Shown here in pieces: positions 1-8,492 of a stretch of DNA of 56,006 bases. Origin of the DNA: an uncultured Pseudomonadota bacterium (lineage in GTDB: Bacteria > Pseudomonadota > Gammaproteobacteria > Ga0077536). The stretch spans positions 1 through 56,006 of the forward strand of contig CACDEI010000004.1 in the NCBI GenBank assembly GCA_902551695.1, in the 5' to 3' direction. The stretch's first letter is position 1. Each line of letters opens with the position of its first letter. The notes under the pieces are model-generated. The model was not told the origin of the DNA. It was given only the letters and a program-made list of their open reading frames with translations, and made no database searches. The translations under genes and the position numbers were made by a program.

Positions 1-702
1 AGCGGCGTCCCTCACTTTATAGTTGGCCACCTAAATGGTCATCACCGGCTGGTAGCAACACCGGACGACAGCTCCAGCTCAAAAATGGGCGAGAGCTTAT
101 ATCACTTCGGATTCATGAGACAACAACCTGGCTTTTACAGGGAGTCCTGGAAGGCCGAAAAAGCAAAAGCAGAAAGAAGCGGTAAGAGTGTTTGGAACCT
201 AGAAAATGAAACGTTGCAACAACACTTTATTACAACCGCTTTATTCGGTGGACTAACTTGGGTGTTCGGATGGTCGGTCCTGCCCCTATTACTCTTCCAA
301 GCATATATTTGCTGGTGGTATTTGAGTCTAATCGAGTACTGCCAACACTACGGCCTCAAAAGAGAGCTTCAATCCGACGGCAGCTATAAAAAAGCGACGA
401 TGCAGCACTCATGGAATACGAATATGATCATGTCCAACAATCTTTTGCTTAACTTTGTTCGACATTCTCCACACCATCTTAGCTCGGTTCGTTGGTATCA
501 AGCATTACGTGATATGGAAACCGCGCCAAGACTTCCTTATTGCTACTCCATAATGTTTATTGCGGCGATGTTTCCGCCGATTTTCTATCGTCTTATGGAC
601 AAGCGCGTGATTGAGTGGGCTGGACAAGACATGGAGAAAATAAACATCTATCGACCTGCCCAAAAACGTCTAATTGAAAAATGGAAAAATAAAGGTTCAT
701 AA
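1..702 (+). CDS. alkB: alkane 1-monooxygenase (AlkB-type membrane di-iron hydroxylase), 5'-truncated by the window edge
   Basis: Frame 1 is open from nt 1 (SGVPHFIVGHLNGHHRLVATPDDSSSSKMGESLYHF...). It carries AlkB-type His boxes: GHLNGHH, the NYxEHYGL-like block IEYCQHYGL, and the C-terminal RHSPHHL. Confidence 0.85.
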   Translation, partial: SGVPHFIVGHLNGHHRLVATPDDSSSSKMGESLYHFGFMRQQPGFYRESWKAEKAKAERSGKSVWNLENETLQQHFITTALFGGLTWVFGWSVLPLLLFQAYICWWYLSLIEYCQHYGLKRELQSDGSYKKATMQHSWNTNMIMSNNLLLNFVRHSPHHLSSVRWYQALRDMETAPRLPYCYSIMFIAAMFPPIFYRLMDKRVIEWAGQDMEKINIYRPAQKRLIEKWKNKGS

Positions 703-1075
703 AAGTGAATTTTTTACTTTTTCATTACAAGCAAAACGTCTTATTTCTATTGCGCTAACAGTCCTAATTGTCCTTACCAGTGTCTCAGGGCCTCATGCTT
801 TATCGACTTGGGCCAACGGAAATGACATCCAAAAGAGTTCCCTCTGCTCTACCTCTAGTTTGATTGATAGTGACCGGACTGACACAGACCCTGAAATCTC
901 GCATTGTTCACTTTGTTTGCTAAATCATAAAATTGATTTATCCAACGCCGCTCCGAACAACATTTTTTTTGTGAGCTCTCGCCTCACTTTCGATCTCGCT
1001 GCTACTGTATCGATTCAGCCCTATCAAATTGCAACCTTTACTTTTAATAGCCAAGCTCCTCCGAAAATAGTCTAG
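674..1075 (+). CDS. small membrane-anchored protein with HCxxC motif (DUF2946-like, tentative)
   Basis: 133-aa ORF overlapping the alkB 3' end by 29 nt. It has one N-terminal hydrophobic helix (LISIALTVLIVLTSVSG) and a central SHCSLCL motif. The family assignment is from memory of DUF2946 layout only. Confidence 0.45.
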   Translation: MKNGKIKVHKSEFFTFSLQAKRLISIALTVLIVLTSVSGPHALSTWANGNDIQKSSLCSTSSLIDSDRTDTDPEISHCSLCLLNHKIDLSNAAPNNIFFVSSRLTFDLAATVSIQPYQIATFTFNSQAPPKIV

Positions 1076-1134
1076 AGAAAAATGTGTTCTAGTAGCTGCC
1101 TTTGGTAGCACCCCTTATTTTTTGGAGATTTATA

Positions 1135-1215
1135 ATGCCTCATCTTGTTATCTTTACTTTCTTTTTATTTTTACCAATCCTCTCCTCAGCTGATTCAAGC
1201 GTAGATGGCCAGTAA
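1135..1215 (+). other. orphaned Sec signal-peptide segment of the downstream barrel gene, ended by an in-frame TAA (1213-1215)
   Basis: GGAG at 1124-1127, a 7-nt spacer, then ATG 1135. It encodes MPHLVIFTFFLFLPILSSA/DSSVDGQ followed by TAA, in the same frame as ORF 1258..2214. Confidence 0.6.
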
Positions 1216-1257
1216 AAAACAGCCGCCTTAGCGGACGGGCACGCTCCCAATCTGGTT

Positions 1258-2214
1258 ATGGGGGATCACACCCATGCAAAAGGAGAATGGATGTTTTCCT
1301 ACAGATATATGCGAATGGAAATGGACGGAAATCGGGTGAATTCGAGATCTATAAATCCTGAAGATATCGTTACTACTGAGCCTAATAGATTCTTTGGACT
1401 TCCAGGGCAACCGCCAACTCTTCGGGTTGTTCCTACCGAAATGTCTATGAATATGCACATGCTAGGGGTCATGTACGCTCCATCTAACGCTCTCACCTTT
1501 ATGGCTATGGGCAGCTATCAAGAAAAAGAGATGGACCACATAACTTTTTCAGGTGGTCTTGGAACTACTTTACGCGGAACCTTCAAAACCCAATCGAATG
1601 GTATAGGAGACCTAAAATTAAGTAGCCTAGTTAGGCTTTACAAGGATTCTTCGTCAAGAGCAATATTAGGATTAGGTTTTAACCTCCCCACCGGCTCGAC
1701 ATCCGAAAGAGACACTATTTTAACTCCTACTGGCGCCACACCAACCGTAAGGCTACCTTATGGCATGCAAAATGGAAGCGGCACAATTGATTTCTTACCC
1801 AGCCTTACTTACTCATCAAATTCTTCTAATTTAGGTTGGGGCGTCCAATGGAATGGAACAATTCGAACCCAAAAAGATAACGGATGGAACCTCGGGGACC
1901 GCCATGAAATCAGTGGATGGCTTTCGTACAGGTGGTTAGATCACTTGAGTAGCTCGATCAGACTAAAGTACCAATCTTCTCAAAAAATAGAAGGTAGAGA
2001 TGAAAATATCACCCTCCCTGTACAAACAGCAGACCCAGATAATTACGGAGGCGATAAGGTAAATATACTATTCGGATTGAATTGGATACCAACACCTTCA
2101 TACAAAGGGCTTAGGCTTTCCTTGGAAGGGGGAATTCCTATACATCAACGGCTAAATAGACCACAAATGGAGGAGGATTTCGTTATTAGTACAGGCATCC
2201 AATATGCGTTTTGA
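1258..2214 (+). CDS. outer-membrane beta-barrel protein with a Met/His-rich N-terminal region; body of a gene interrupted upstream by a stop codon (possible pseudogene)
   Basis: 318-aa ORF with alternating beta-strand-like pattern and a C-terminal ...GIQYAF (terminal Phe OMP signature). N-terminal MGDHTHAKGEWMFSYRYMRMEMDG and EMSMNMHMLGVMY. The reading frame continues upstream (KTAALADGHAPNLV) to the TAA at 1213. There is no SD before ATG 1258. Confidence 0.7.
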   Translation: MGDHTHAKGEWMFSYRYMRMEMDGNRVNSRSINPEDIVTTEPNRFFGLPGQPPTLRVVPTEMSMNMHMLGVMYAPSNALTFMAMGSYQEKEMDHITFSGGLGTTLRGTFKTQSNGIGDLKLSSLVRLYKDSSSRAILGLGFNLPTGSTSERDTILTPTGATPTVRLPYGMQNGSGTIDFLPSLTYSSNSSNLGWGVQWNGTIRTQKDNGWNLGDRHEISGWLSYRWLDHLSSSIRLKYQSSQKIEGRDENITLPVQTADPDNYGGDKVNILFGLNWIPTPSYKGLRLSLEGGIPIHQRLNRPQMEEDFVISTGIQYAF

Positions 2215-2239
2215 ATCAACCTTTTAAACCTGAATGAAA

Positions 2240-3334
2240 TCAACCTACAGATGCATGGACGTTTTCAAATCTTGGCATTACCTCACTTACCAGTGCCAAC
2301 TTTGATTCTCTCCACGCGTTGTAGTTTTCCAAATGATCATAGGAAGTTGCTAATAAGCAACCAAAACCTCCGGACTTTTCAAGCATATCTTCCACCTTAG
2401 CCGCAACGGTTGAAGGACTGCCAACTAACCAGCAGTTTTCGGCCAAATAGTCTAGGGTTACGTCTGAATCCGCGATTTCTGCATCGTGTTTCAAAGCGCT
2501 AAGAAGTTTGTAGTGTTTAAATAATGGCAAAAAATAAGAACGATAGTTATCACCCATCAGACTATTTATTGCCAAACGCTTTGCCTCATCATCTGTATCG
2601 GCAACAAAAATGTCTCTACCAACCCTCCATCTAGCCCGATCAGGAGTTCTACCTGCCTCCTCTGCGCCACTTTCAATCGACTCCCAATGACTGGCTAAGT
2701 AAGCATTACTTAAACACAAGCTTAACGGTATCATCCCATGCTTACCTGCTAATCTGAGAGTTGGTGAATTAGGAGATAGGCCAGCAATACCAAGCTCTGG
2801 ATAAGGCTTAGTGAATGGCTTAAGGTGAAAAGAGAAATTCCCACCGACTTCCGACTCGGGTCTCCCTACATTCCAATATTTACCCTTAAAATCAAAGGCG
2901 CAATTACTTTCCCAAAATCGCCGCATGATTTCGAGTGATTCCTCCGTCATTTCACGATTTTCACCGCTATCTCCATCGACACCAAACATAGCTAGGTCTG
3001 TGGAAACGCCACTCGAACCGATACCGAAATAACACCGACCCCCAGAAATATGATCCAACCAACATATTCGATGGGCTAATTCCACCGGATGATGATAGGG
3101 TAGCAGGAATGCACCGGGTGCCAACTTTATTTTTTCAGTTTTCAACAAAGCCTGGGCAATGAGCAGGTCTGGCGAAGGTAACGGTTCTCTTGGTACCGTG
3201 TAATGCTCACCTATCCAAGCCTCATGGAATCCTGAGGAGTCCAGAAACGACAGATACTCTAGATTATGATAATGCCCCTCAGCGTAATCACGCTCAGGAG
3301 GGTGATTAGGCATTAAAAAAGCTCCTAGCTTCAT
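2240..3334 (-). CDS. LLM-class (luciferase-like) flavin-dependent monooxygenase
   Basis: 364 aa. MKLGAFLMPNHPP start, HEAWIGEHY and YFGIGSSG blocks are typical of bacterial luciferase-like/LimB-type enzymes. Confidence 0.8.
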   Translation of the reverse strand: MKLGAFLMPNHPPERDYAEGHYHNLEYLSFLDSSGFHEAWIGEHYTVPREPLPSPDLLIAQALLKTEKIKLAPGAFLLPYHHPVELAHRICWLDHISGGRCYFGIGSSGVSTDLAMFGVDGDSGENREMTEESLEIMRRFWESNCAFDFKGKYWNVGRPESEVGGNFSFHLKPFTKPYPELGIAGLSPNSPTLRLAGKHGMIPLSLCLSNAYLASHWESIESGAEEAGRTPDRARWRVGRDIFVADTDDEAKRLAINSLMGDNYRSYFLPLFKHYKLLSALKHDAEIADSDVTLDYLAENCWLVGSPSTVAAKVEDMLEKSGGFGCLLATSYDHLENYNAWRESKLALVSEVMPRFENVHASVG

Positions 3335-3346
3335 TCTAGCCTAAAC

Positions 3347-4408
3347 CTACTTTAACCTTGCTTCAAGAATCATATTAGTGGGCGTTTCTGTAGCACGTCT
3401 CACATTTTTGAAACCCGCTTCCTTCAGGACTTCTGTCAATCGCTTTTCTCCAGCTTGAGCACCTAAGCACAAACCTACCTCTTGAGCCCGAGAAGTTGGA
3501 AGGCAAACTGTGGTAGAAAATCCGTAAAAGATACCTGATAGAAGATTCAGGTTCTCTCCTAGCGAATCCGCAGCCATAGGTTCTACCACCATAAAAGTAC
3601 CCTCGGGATTAAGCATCTTTGCGACCTGCTGAGCTGCTCCCACCGGATCCCCCATATCGTGCAAAGCATCAAAAATACAGACTAAGTCAAAATTATCCGC
3701 TTCTATTGCTTTTGCAGCCCTGACCTCAAACTCCACATTGTTTAATTTTTCCTCATCGGCTTTTTTTCTGGCAGCGTCGATCGATGGCCCATGAAAATCA
3801 AACCCAACAACAGTACTATTCGGAAAGGCCTTAGCCATAAGTAAGCTTGAAGACCCATGACCACAACCTACATCTGCAACTTTACCCCCACTTTTTAGTT
3901 TCTCTTCGATGCCATGCAAGGCAGGGATCCAACTCCCAACCAAATTAGAATCGTAGGCCGTCCTAAAAAAACGATCCGTTCCACAAAAACAACAGGGATG
4001 GTGGTCTCCCCAAGGTCTTCCCTCCCCAGATTTAAATGTGTCGACCACCTTATCATGAGTAGCGAATTGCCCGACTACGGCTTGAAAAAAACCTTGCATA
4101 CAAGTGGGTTCAGACTCATGAGAAAACAAAGCGGCCTGTTCCGGGCTTAAAGTGAATTCATTACTCTGCTCGGAGTAATCCACATAACCTAAAGCAGCGT
4201 TCGCTGATAACCATTCTCGTAAATACCTTTCGTCTAAACCGGTTTGTCTTGCCAATTTTTCACTAGTGACTCCCCCACTTTCTTCTAAAGCCTTATAGAG
4301 TCCAACTTGATCTCCCATATAGGCTAAAAGCAATCCGACAGCACCCCCAACATTACCCATGACTCTCCCTTGCAGAGCTTCGAACTTCGCTTGATCAAAA
4401 GCCGCCAT
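3347..4408 (-). CDS. class I SAM-dependent methyltransferase with N-terminal winged-helix-like domain (Rv2258c-like)
   Basis: SAM motif I VADVGCGHGSS, acidic loop FDLVCIFDALHDMGDP, and an N-terminal helical module of about 100 aa (LYKALEESGGVTSEKLARQTGLDERYLREWL). Sits 12 nt upstream of the LLM gene on the same strand. Confidence 0.8.
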   Translation of the reverse strand: MAAFDQAKFEALQGRVMGNVGGAVGLLLAYMGDQVGLYKALEESGGVTSEKLARQTGLDERYLREWLSANAALGYVDYSEQSNEFTLSPEQAALFSHESEPTCMQGFFQAVVGQFATHDKVVDTFKSGEGRPWGDHHPCCFCGTDRFFRTAYDSNLVGSWIPALHGIEEKLKSGGKVADVGCGHGSSSLLMAKAFPNSTVVGFDFHGPSIDAARKKADEEKLNNVEFEVRAAKAIEADNFDLVCIFDALHDMGDPVGAAQQVAKMLNPEGTFMVVEPMAADSLGENLNLLSGIFYGFSTTVCLPTSRAQEVGLCLGAQAGEKRLTEVLKEAGFKNVRRATETPTNMILEARLK

Positions 4409-4467
4409 ATGATATCCTCCCTGTGCCTTGTTCTACTTTGATTAACATAACGCTACACCGAAACCGA

Positions 4468-4995
4468 ATGAAACACAAAGAGCAAAAACTGTTGCACGGG
4501 AAAATCATCTACTCCAACTTAGGAGTACTAAAACTCAATAAATACGCCTTTTTTACTCCTCCAAAGACTATGATGCTACTGATGCTAATCGGGCTGTCTC
4601 CTATCTCCCAGGCCGAATTGGTAGTTACTGAGGCATCTATTCACTTAAGCCCAATGTCAAGTATTCCCAGTGCTGGATATATGACCATCCAGAATAAATC
4701 TCAAAACGAAATATCTATTCAAGCGCTTTCAAGCGATCACTTCGAAAAAGTAGAATGGCACGAAACAGTCATTTCTACAGATGGAATAGCTAAGATGAGG
4801 ATGGAAAAAAAACCAGTTATTCCAGCCCTGAGCAAGGTTGTGCTAAAGAGAAGGGGCAAGCACCTTATGTTATACCAGCCGTCAAAGGAAATAGAGACAA
4901 AATCTGAAATCAATTTAATCTTTAAATTGAGCTCCGGTTTACAACAAAGATTTCCAGCACAGATACATCAACAAAAAAAATCCCATCATCACTAG
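4468..4995 (+). CDS. periplasmic copper chaperone PCu(A)C (DUF461 family)
   Basis: AGYMTIQN, WHETVISTDGIAKMRM and GKHLMLY blocks (H/M Cu(I) ligand pattern of PCuAC), plus a C-terminal SHHH tail. The signal-peptide-like MMLLMLIGLSPISQA/E starts at ATG 4570, so the true start could be 4570. The ORF-track start at 4423 is unlikely. Confidence 0.75.
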   Translation: MKHKEQKLLHGKIIYSNLGVLKLNKYAFFTPPKTMMLLMLIGLSPISQAELVVTEASIHLSPMSSIPSAGYMTIQNKSQNEISIQALSSDHFEKVEWHETVISTDGIAKMRMEKKPVIPALSKVVLKRRGKHLMLYQPSKEIETKSEINLIFKLSSGLQQRFPAQIHQQKKSHHH

Positions 4996-5059
4996 ACTAT
5001 TTGGTGTGTAAAACAACTGTCCCCAGCCACTTAAGGCTTACTTTTAATTATTTAACGCT

Positions 5060-6400
5060 ATGAATTTCCCCGACAAAAATAGAATGGATAGGATATTCAT
5101 GCTAGCCGTTCCACTAATTGGCGGCATGCTCTCCCAAACTATTCTTAATTTAGTTGACACCGCGATGGTTTCTCGTCTCTCCAATAGCGATGCTGCTCTA
5201 GCTGCTGTGGGTTTTGGTGGTTTTATCTTATTTACCTCTCAAGCGATAATCTTAGGTCTGTCCTCCGGGGTGCAAGCGTGCGCTTCAAGGCGGCTGGGGG
5301 AACAAAGAGAAAAAGAAACAGCTCACTTCCTGAATGCAGCTCTTATCATTATACTTTGCACAGCGCCAATAGTTACGGTTATCGTATTCTTTTCCAGCCC
5401 GGCTCTTTATCCGTTCATACATCAAGATCCTGATGTTCTAGAGGAAGGTATCCCCTACCTACAAATTCGTTCTCTCGGCATTATTTTTGTGTGCACAAAT
5501 TTTGCCTTCCGAGGTTTTTGGAACGCTGTCGACATGACTAAAGTTTATCTCAAGACTATGGTCTCGATGCACTTGCTCAATATTTTCTTAAACTATCTCC
5601 TTATTTTTGGAAAATTTGGGGCGCCTGAGCTCGGAGTTGCCGGAGCAGCCTATGCTTCTCTTTTGTCACTCGCTTTCGGTAGCAGTTTCTATTTTTACAG
5701 CGCAAACAAGCTGGCTGGAGGACTGGGATTCCTCAATAAGCTTCCGGAAATTCCCGATATCTTGACATTAGTAAAGCTATCTCTACCCAACGGTCTCCAG
5801 CAGCTTTTTTTCTCCACAGGTTTTCTAGCCACCTTCTGGATCATAGGTAGAATTGGGACTCCTGAAGTGGCGGCTGCAAATGTGCTCATTAATTTGATGC
5901 TAGCAGCAATGCTACCCAGCATGGCTATGGGTTTATCTGCGGCCACTCTGGTGGGCCAAGCGCTGGGAAAACGAAACATTAACGACGCGGCACTATGGGG
6001 TTGGGATGTCTCGAAAATTACTACCTCGGTCTTAGGAATCTTAGGGATAATTATCGCTCTTTTCCCTGAAGCAATAGTGGCATCGATATATTCTCTGGAA
6101 CCGAGTACTGCCGAACTAACTGTTTGGCCTCTGAGAATAGTAGGTATTTTCATGGGATTTGAGGCGCTTGGGATGGTATTACAAAGCGCTCTCTTAGGCG
6201 CGGGCGACACAAAAAGAGTAATGACCATAAGCATCTTTAATCAATGGATACTCTTCCTGCCCGCCGCTTATTTGATTGGCCCTGTTCTTGGACATGGACT
6301 CACAGGGGTCTGGCTATTACAGAGCATATACCGGGTTTGGCAAACTGGGATTTTCTTCCTATTATGGCGCAATAGGAAGTGGTCAAACGTGGCAATATAA
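5060..6400 (+). CDS. MATE family efflux transporter (NorM/DinF-like)
   Basis: 446 aa and polytopic (about 12 hydrophobic segments). N-terminal AVPLIGGMLSQTILNLVDTAMVSRL block is characteristic of MATE pumps. Confidence 0.85.
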   Translation: MNFPDKNRMDRIFMLAVPLIGGMLSQTILNLVDTAMVSRLSNSDAALAAVGFGGFILFTSQAIILGLSSGVQACASRRLGEQREKETAHFLNAALIIILCTAPIVTVIVFFSSPALYPFIHQDPDVLEEGIPYLQIRSLGIIFVCTNFAFRGFWNAVDMTKVYLKTMVSMHLLNIFLNYLLIFGKFGAPELGVAGAAYASLLSLAFGSSFYFYSANKLAGGLGFLNKLPEIPDILTLVKLSLPNGLQQLFFSTGFLATFWIIGRIGTPEVAAANVLINLMLAAMLPSMAMGLSAATLVGQALGKRNINDAALWGWDVSKITTSVLGILGIIIALFPEAIVASIYSLEPSTAELTVWPLRIVGIFMGFEALGMVLQSALLGAGDTKRVMTISIFNQWILFLPAAYLIGPVLGHGLTGVWLLQSIYRVWQTGIFFLLWRNRKWSNVAI

Positions 6401-6445
6401 ATATATCAATCGCAGTTTAACTAGCTGATCCAAGAAACTGCAAAG

Positions 6446-7405
6446 GTGTTCACAATGGGAATGTTGGTAAACGGAAGATGGCAAGACTCAGACCTCGAAA
6501 CATTTCAAAGAAATGACAAGCAAGTCAGATTCAGGAACGGCTTCCATGATCAAGTAAAGCTAAATCGTACCACGGCATATCTTCCGCAGGCGGACAGATA
6601 TCTTCTTTACGTCAACGTTACCTGCCCTTGGTCCCATCGCACAACCCTAACTCGAAAACTAAAGGGCTTATCAAACGTGGTCGAGATAGTTTATTTAGAA
6701 CCAGTTATGGGTAGAGAGTCATGGTGGTTCGGCGATTCAAAACAGTATCGCGATCCAGCTCTTAATGCGACGCACCTACATGAATTATATTCCGCAACAG
6801 ATCCAAATTTTACTGGAAGAGTAAGTATTCCCGTACTTTGGGACAAGAAGACAAGGAAAATTGTGAATAACGATTCAGCGCAGATTGCTCGCATGTTTAA
6901 CTTTGAATTCAATGAAATTGCCGAATATCCTGAAATTGATTTTTACCCTTTAGAAAATAGGGATGAAATAGACCACTTAAACAATCTAGTAGCTGAAAAT
7001 TTAAATGATGGGGTATATCGGTGTCTCCTAGCTAGAAATCAGCAACTTTACGAAGAAGCATACGACTCTATTTTTCACACTCTCGATTATCTCGAGGAAA
7101 GGCTTACATCTAAACGATATTTGGTTGGGCACCTTCCTACAGAACCTGATTGGCGATTTTTTTCTTTCTTAATTAGATTCGATATAGTCTATTATTCTCT
7201 TTACAATTGTAATAGGAAACGAATATCGGACTATCCTAGCTTGTCTTCATATACTAAAGATCTCTATCAAATTTCGGGAGTTGCTGAAACAGTCGATCTG
7301 GATGGTATTAAACGAGGCTATTTCCTTACAGTTAATTCTAATGGAATAGTGCCCAAAGGACCTGACATTGACCTGTTATCGGCCCACCTCAGAGAGAACA
7401 TTTAG
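6446..7405 (+). CDS. yqjG: glutathionyl-hydroquinone reductase (Xi-class GST, YqjG/ECM4 family)
   Basis: RYLLYVNVTCPWSHRTTLTRKLKGL matches the YqjG active-site block (CPWAHR in E. coli). 319 aa, GTG start. Confidence 0.85.
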   Translation: MFTMGMLVNGRWQDSDLETFQRNDKQVRFRNGFHDQVKLNRTTAYLPQADRYLLYVNVTCPWSHRTTLTRKLKGLSNVVEIVYLEPVMGRESWWFGDSKQYRDPALNATHLHELYSATDPNFTGRVSIPVLWDKKTRKIVNNDSAQIARMFNFEFNEIAEYPEIDFYPLENRDEIDHLNNLVAENLNDGVYRCLLARNQQLYEEAYDSIFHTLDYLEERLTSKRYLVGHLPTEPDWRFFSFLIRFDIVYYSLYNCNRKRISDYPSLSSYTKDLYQISGVAETVDLDGIKRGYFLTVNSNGIVPKGPDIDLLSAHLRENI

Positions 7406-7422
7406 CGGGTGGAAGGGAGAAA

Positions 7423-7893
7423 TCAATCATAATGATAATAAAAAAGAGCGAGGGGGAATAAGGAAGATCGCTCACATCCATAAGGCCCAAACATCTCCTT
7501 TTTTTTGTCCAAGAATTGAGCGAACGGGGCGACAGAAGCTTTTGATTTCAATACATCAGAGCACAATGTATTACTGGAGGAGCAAATTGGTTTTAGACCG
7601 CTAAGCAGATTAGCATGTTTAGATGAGAGACTTTTCGAAGAGGCCTGTTGTATAAATTTCCTACCCAGACTGAGATCTGCTTTTGTACCGCGGCCCAAAA
7701 AGTGCATCTCCCCCAACAGCCATAAAGACGACTGACTCAAGGGACCTGTCGAACGCTCGATTTCTTTATACGCCTCCTCGTAGAAACCTTGTGAATATAG
7801 GGCCCAAGTCCGTTCATAAGACTCTGCTGCTGCAGATTTTATGATGACAAAAAGGAAGCTTACCAGAAACAATTGTCGGGTGATTTTTCCCAT
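7423..7893 (-). CDS. hypothetical exported protein with one Sel1/TPR-like repeat
   Basis: ATG at 7893 gives the signal peptide MGKITRQLFLVSFLFVIIKSAAA/ES. LGEMHFLGRGTKADLSLGRKFIQQA resembles a Sel1 repeat. The C-terminal half is unrecognisable. Confidence 0.4.
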   Translation of the reverse strand: MGKITRQLFLVSFLFVIIKSAAAESYERTWALYSQGFYEEAYKEIERSTGPLSQSSLWLLGEMHFLGRGTKADLSLGRKFIQQASSKSLSSKHANLLSGLKPICSSSNTLCSDVLKSKASVAPFAQFLDKKKEMFGPYGCERSSLFPLALFYYHYD

Positions 7894-7987
7894 ACCATTA
7901 AACCGAATATTTTGAAAAAACACTATCGAAGTGTATCTTATTTATCACAAAAATTTTCTGCTTCAATATTAAATAATCAATTTGCCA

Positions 7988-8467
7988 ATGAAACATAATA
8001 TGCGATCACCAAAAAAGATTATATTAGTAATGGTACTGCTGCTTGGGTTGTTTTGGTTTTGGTACGAGAAACATTATTTAGAACAAGAGATTCCAATATA
8101 CAGTTTAAAATGTTCTCACATCGAATATCGTGAAGTCATTCGATGGTTTTTATTAAAAAGAAAACGGAAAAATGACATTCCCTCGGGAATTTTCGATGGG
8201 CCTTGGTCGTCTAAGGAATTTAGTTTATCTTCTGATAAAAATAAGCTTGAAGAAATAGGAGCCTTAACACTGGCCACAAAAGACACATTTAAGTTCTCGT
8301 CTCGATTGCATCCCGAAAAAGAAATCTATATCAACCGGCAAAATTTAAAACTAAAACCCGAAAATGAGATTCAGTATACCTACTCTTGTGAAATTAGGAA
8401 TCCAGGTGAATTTTGGCAATACGTAGAGCAAAAGTTAGACATCGAAAAATCACGCCTAAAGATATAA
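7988..8467 (+). CDS. hypothetical membrane-anchored protein
   Basis: ATG 7988 gives MKHNMRSPKKIILVMVLLLGLFWFWY (N-terminal anchor). No recognisable domain; AT-rich coding. Confidence 0.45.
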   Translation: MKHNMRSPKKIILVMVLLLGLFWFWYEKHYLEQEIPIYSLKCSHIEYREVIRWFLLKRKRKNDIPSGIFDGPWSSKEFSLSSDKNKLEEIGALTLATKDTFKFSSRLHPEKEIYINRQNLKLKPENEIQYTYSCEIRNPGEFWQYVEQKLDIEKSRLKI

Positions 8468-8492
8468 AAGGCAAGAGCTAATCTACATCTAC

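Noticed and set aside
4423-4467. Extended N-termini in the longest-ORF track (also 9417-9509, 18201-18281, 19543-19572, 26009-26059, 32500-32589, 49596-49631)
   Set aside because: Internal starts give canonical signal peptides, prepilin leaders or domain starts. The extensions would overlap upstream genes or add non-functional leaders.
5695-6234. 179-aa minus-strand ORF inside the MATE gene
   Set aside because: It lies fully antisense to a well-supported polytopic transporter. Its Ser/Ala/Pro-rich translation has no motif, so it is a typical shadow ORF.
6412-6441. GCAGTTT-N16-AAACTGC hairpin after the MATE gene
   Set aside because: The loop is large, the stem has only 3 GC pairs of 7, and no U-tract follows. 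It is not a convincing intrinsic terminator.
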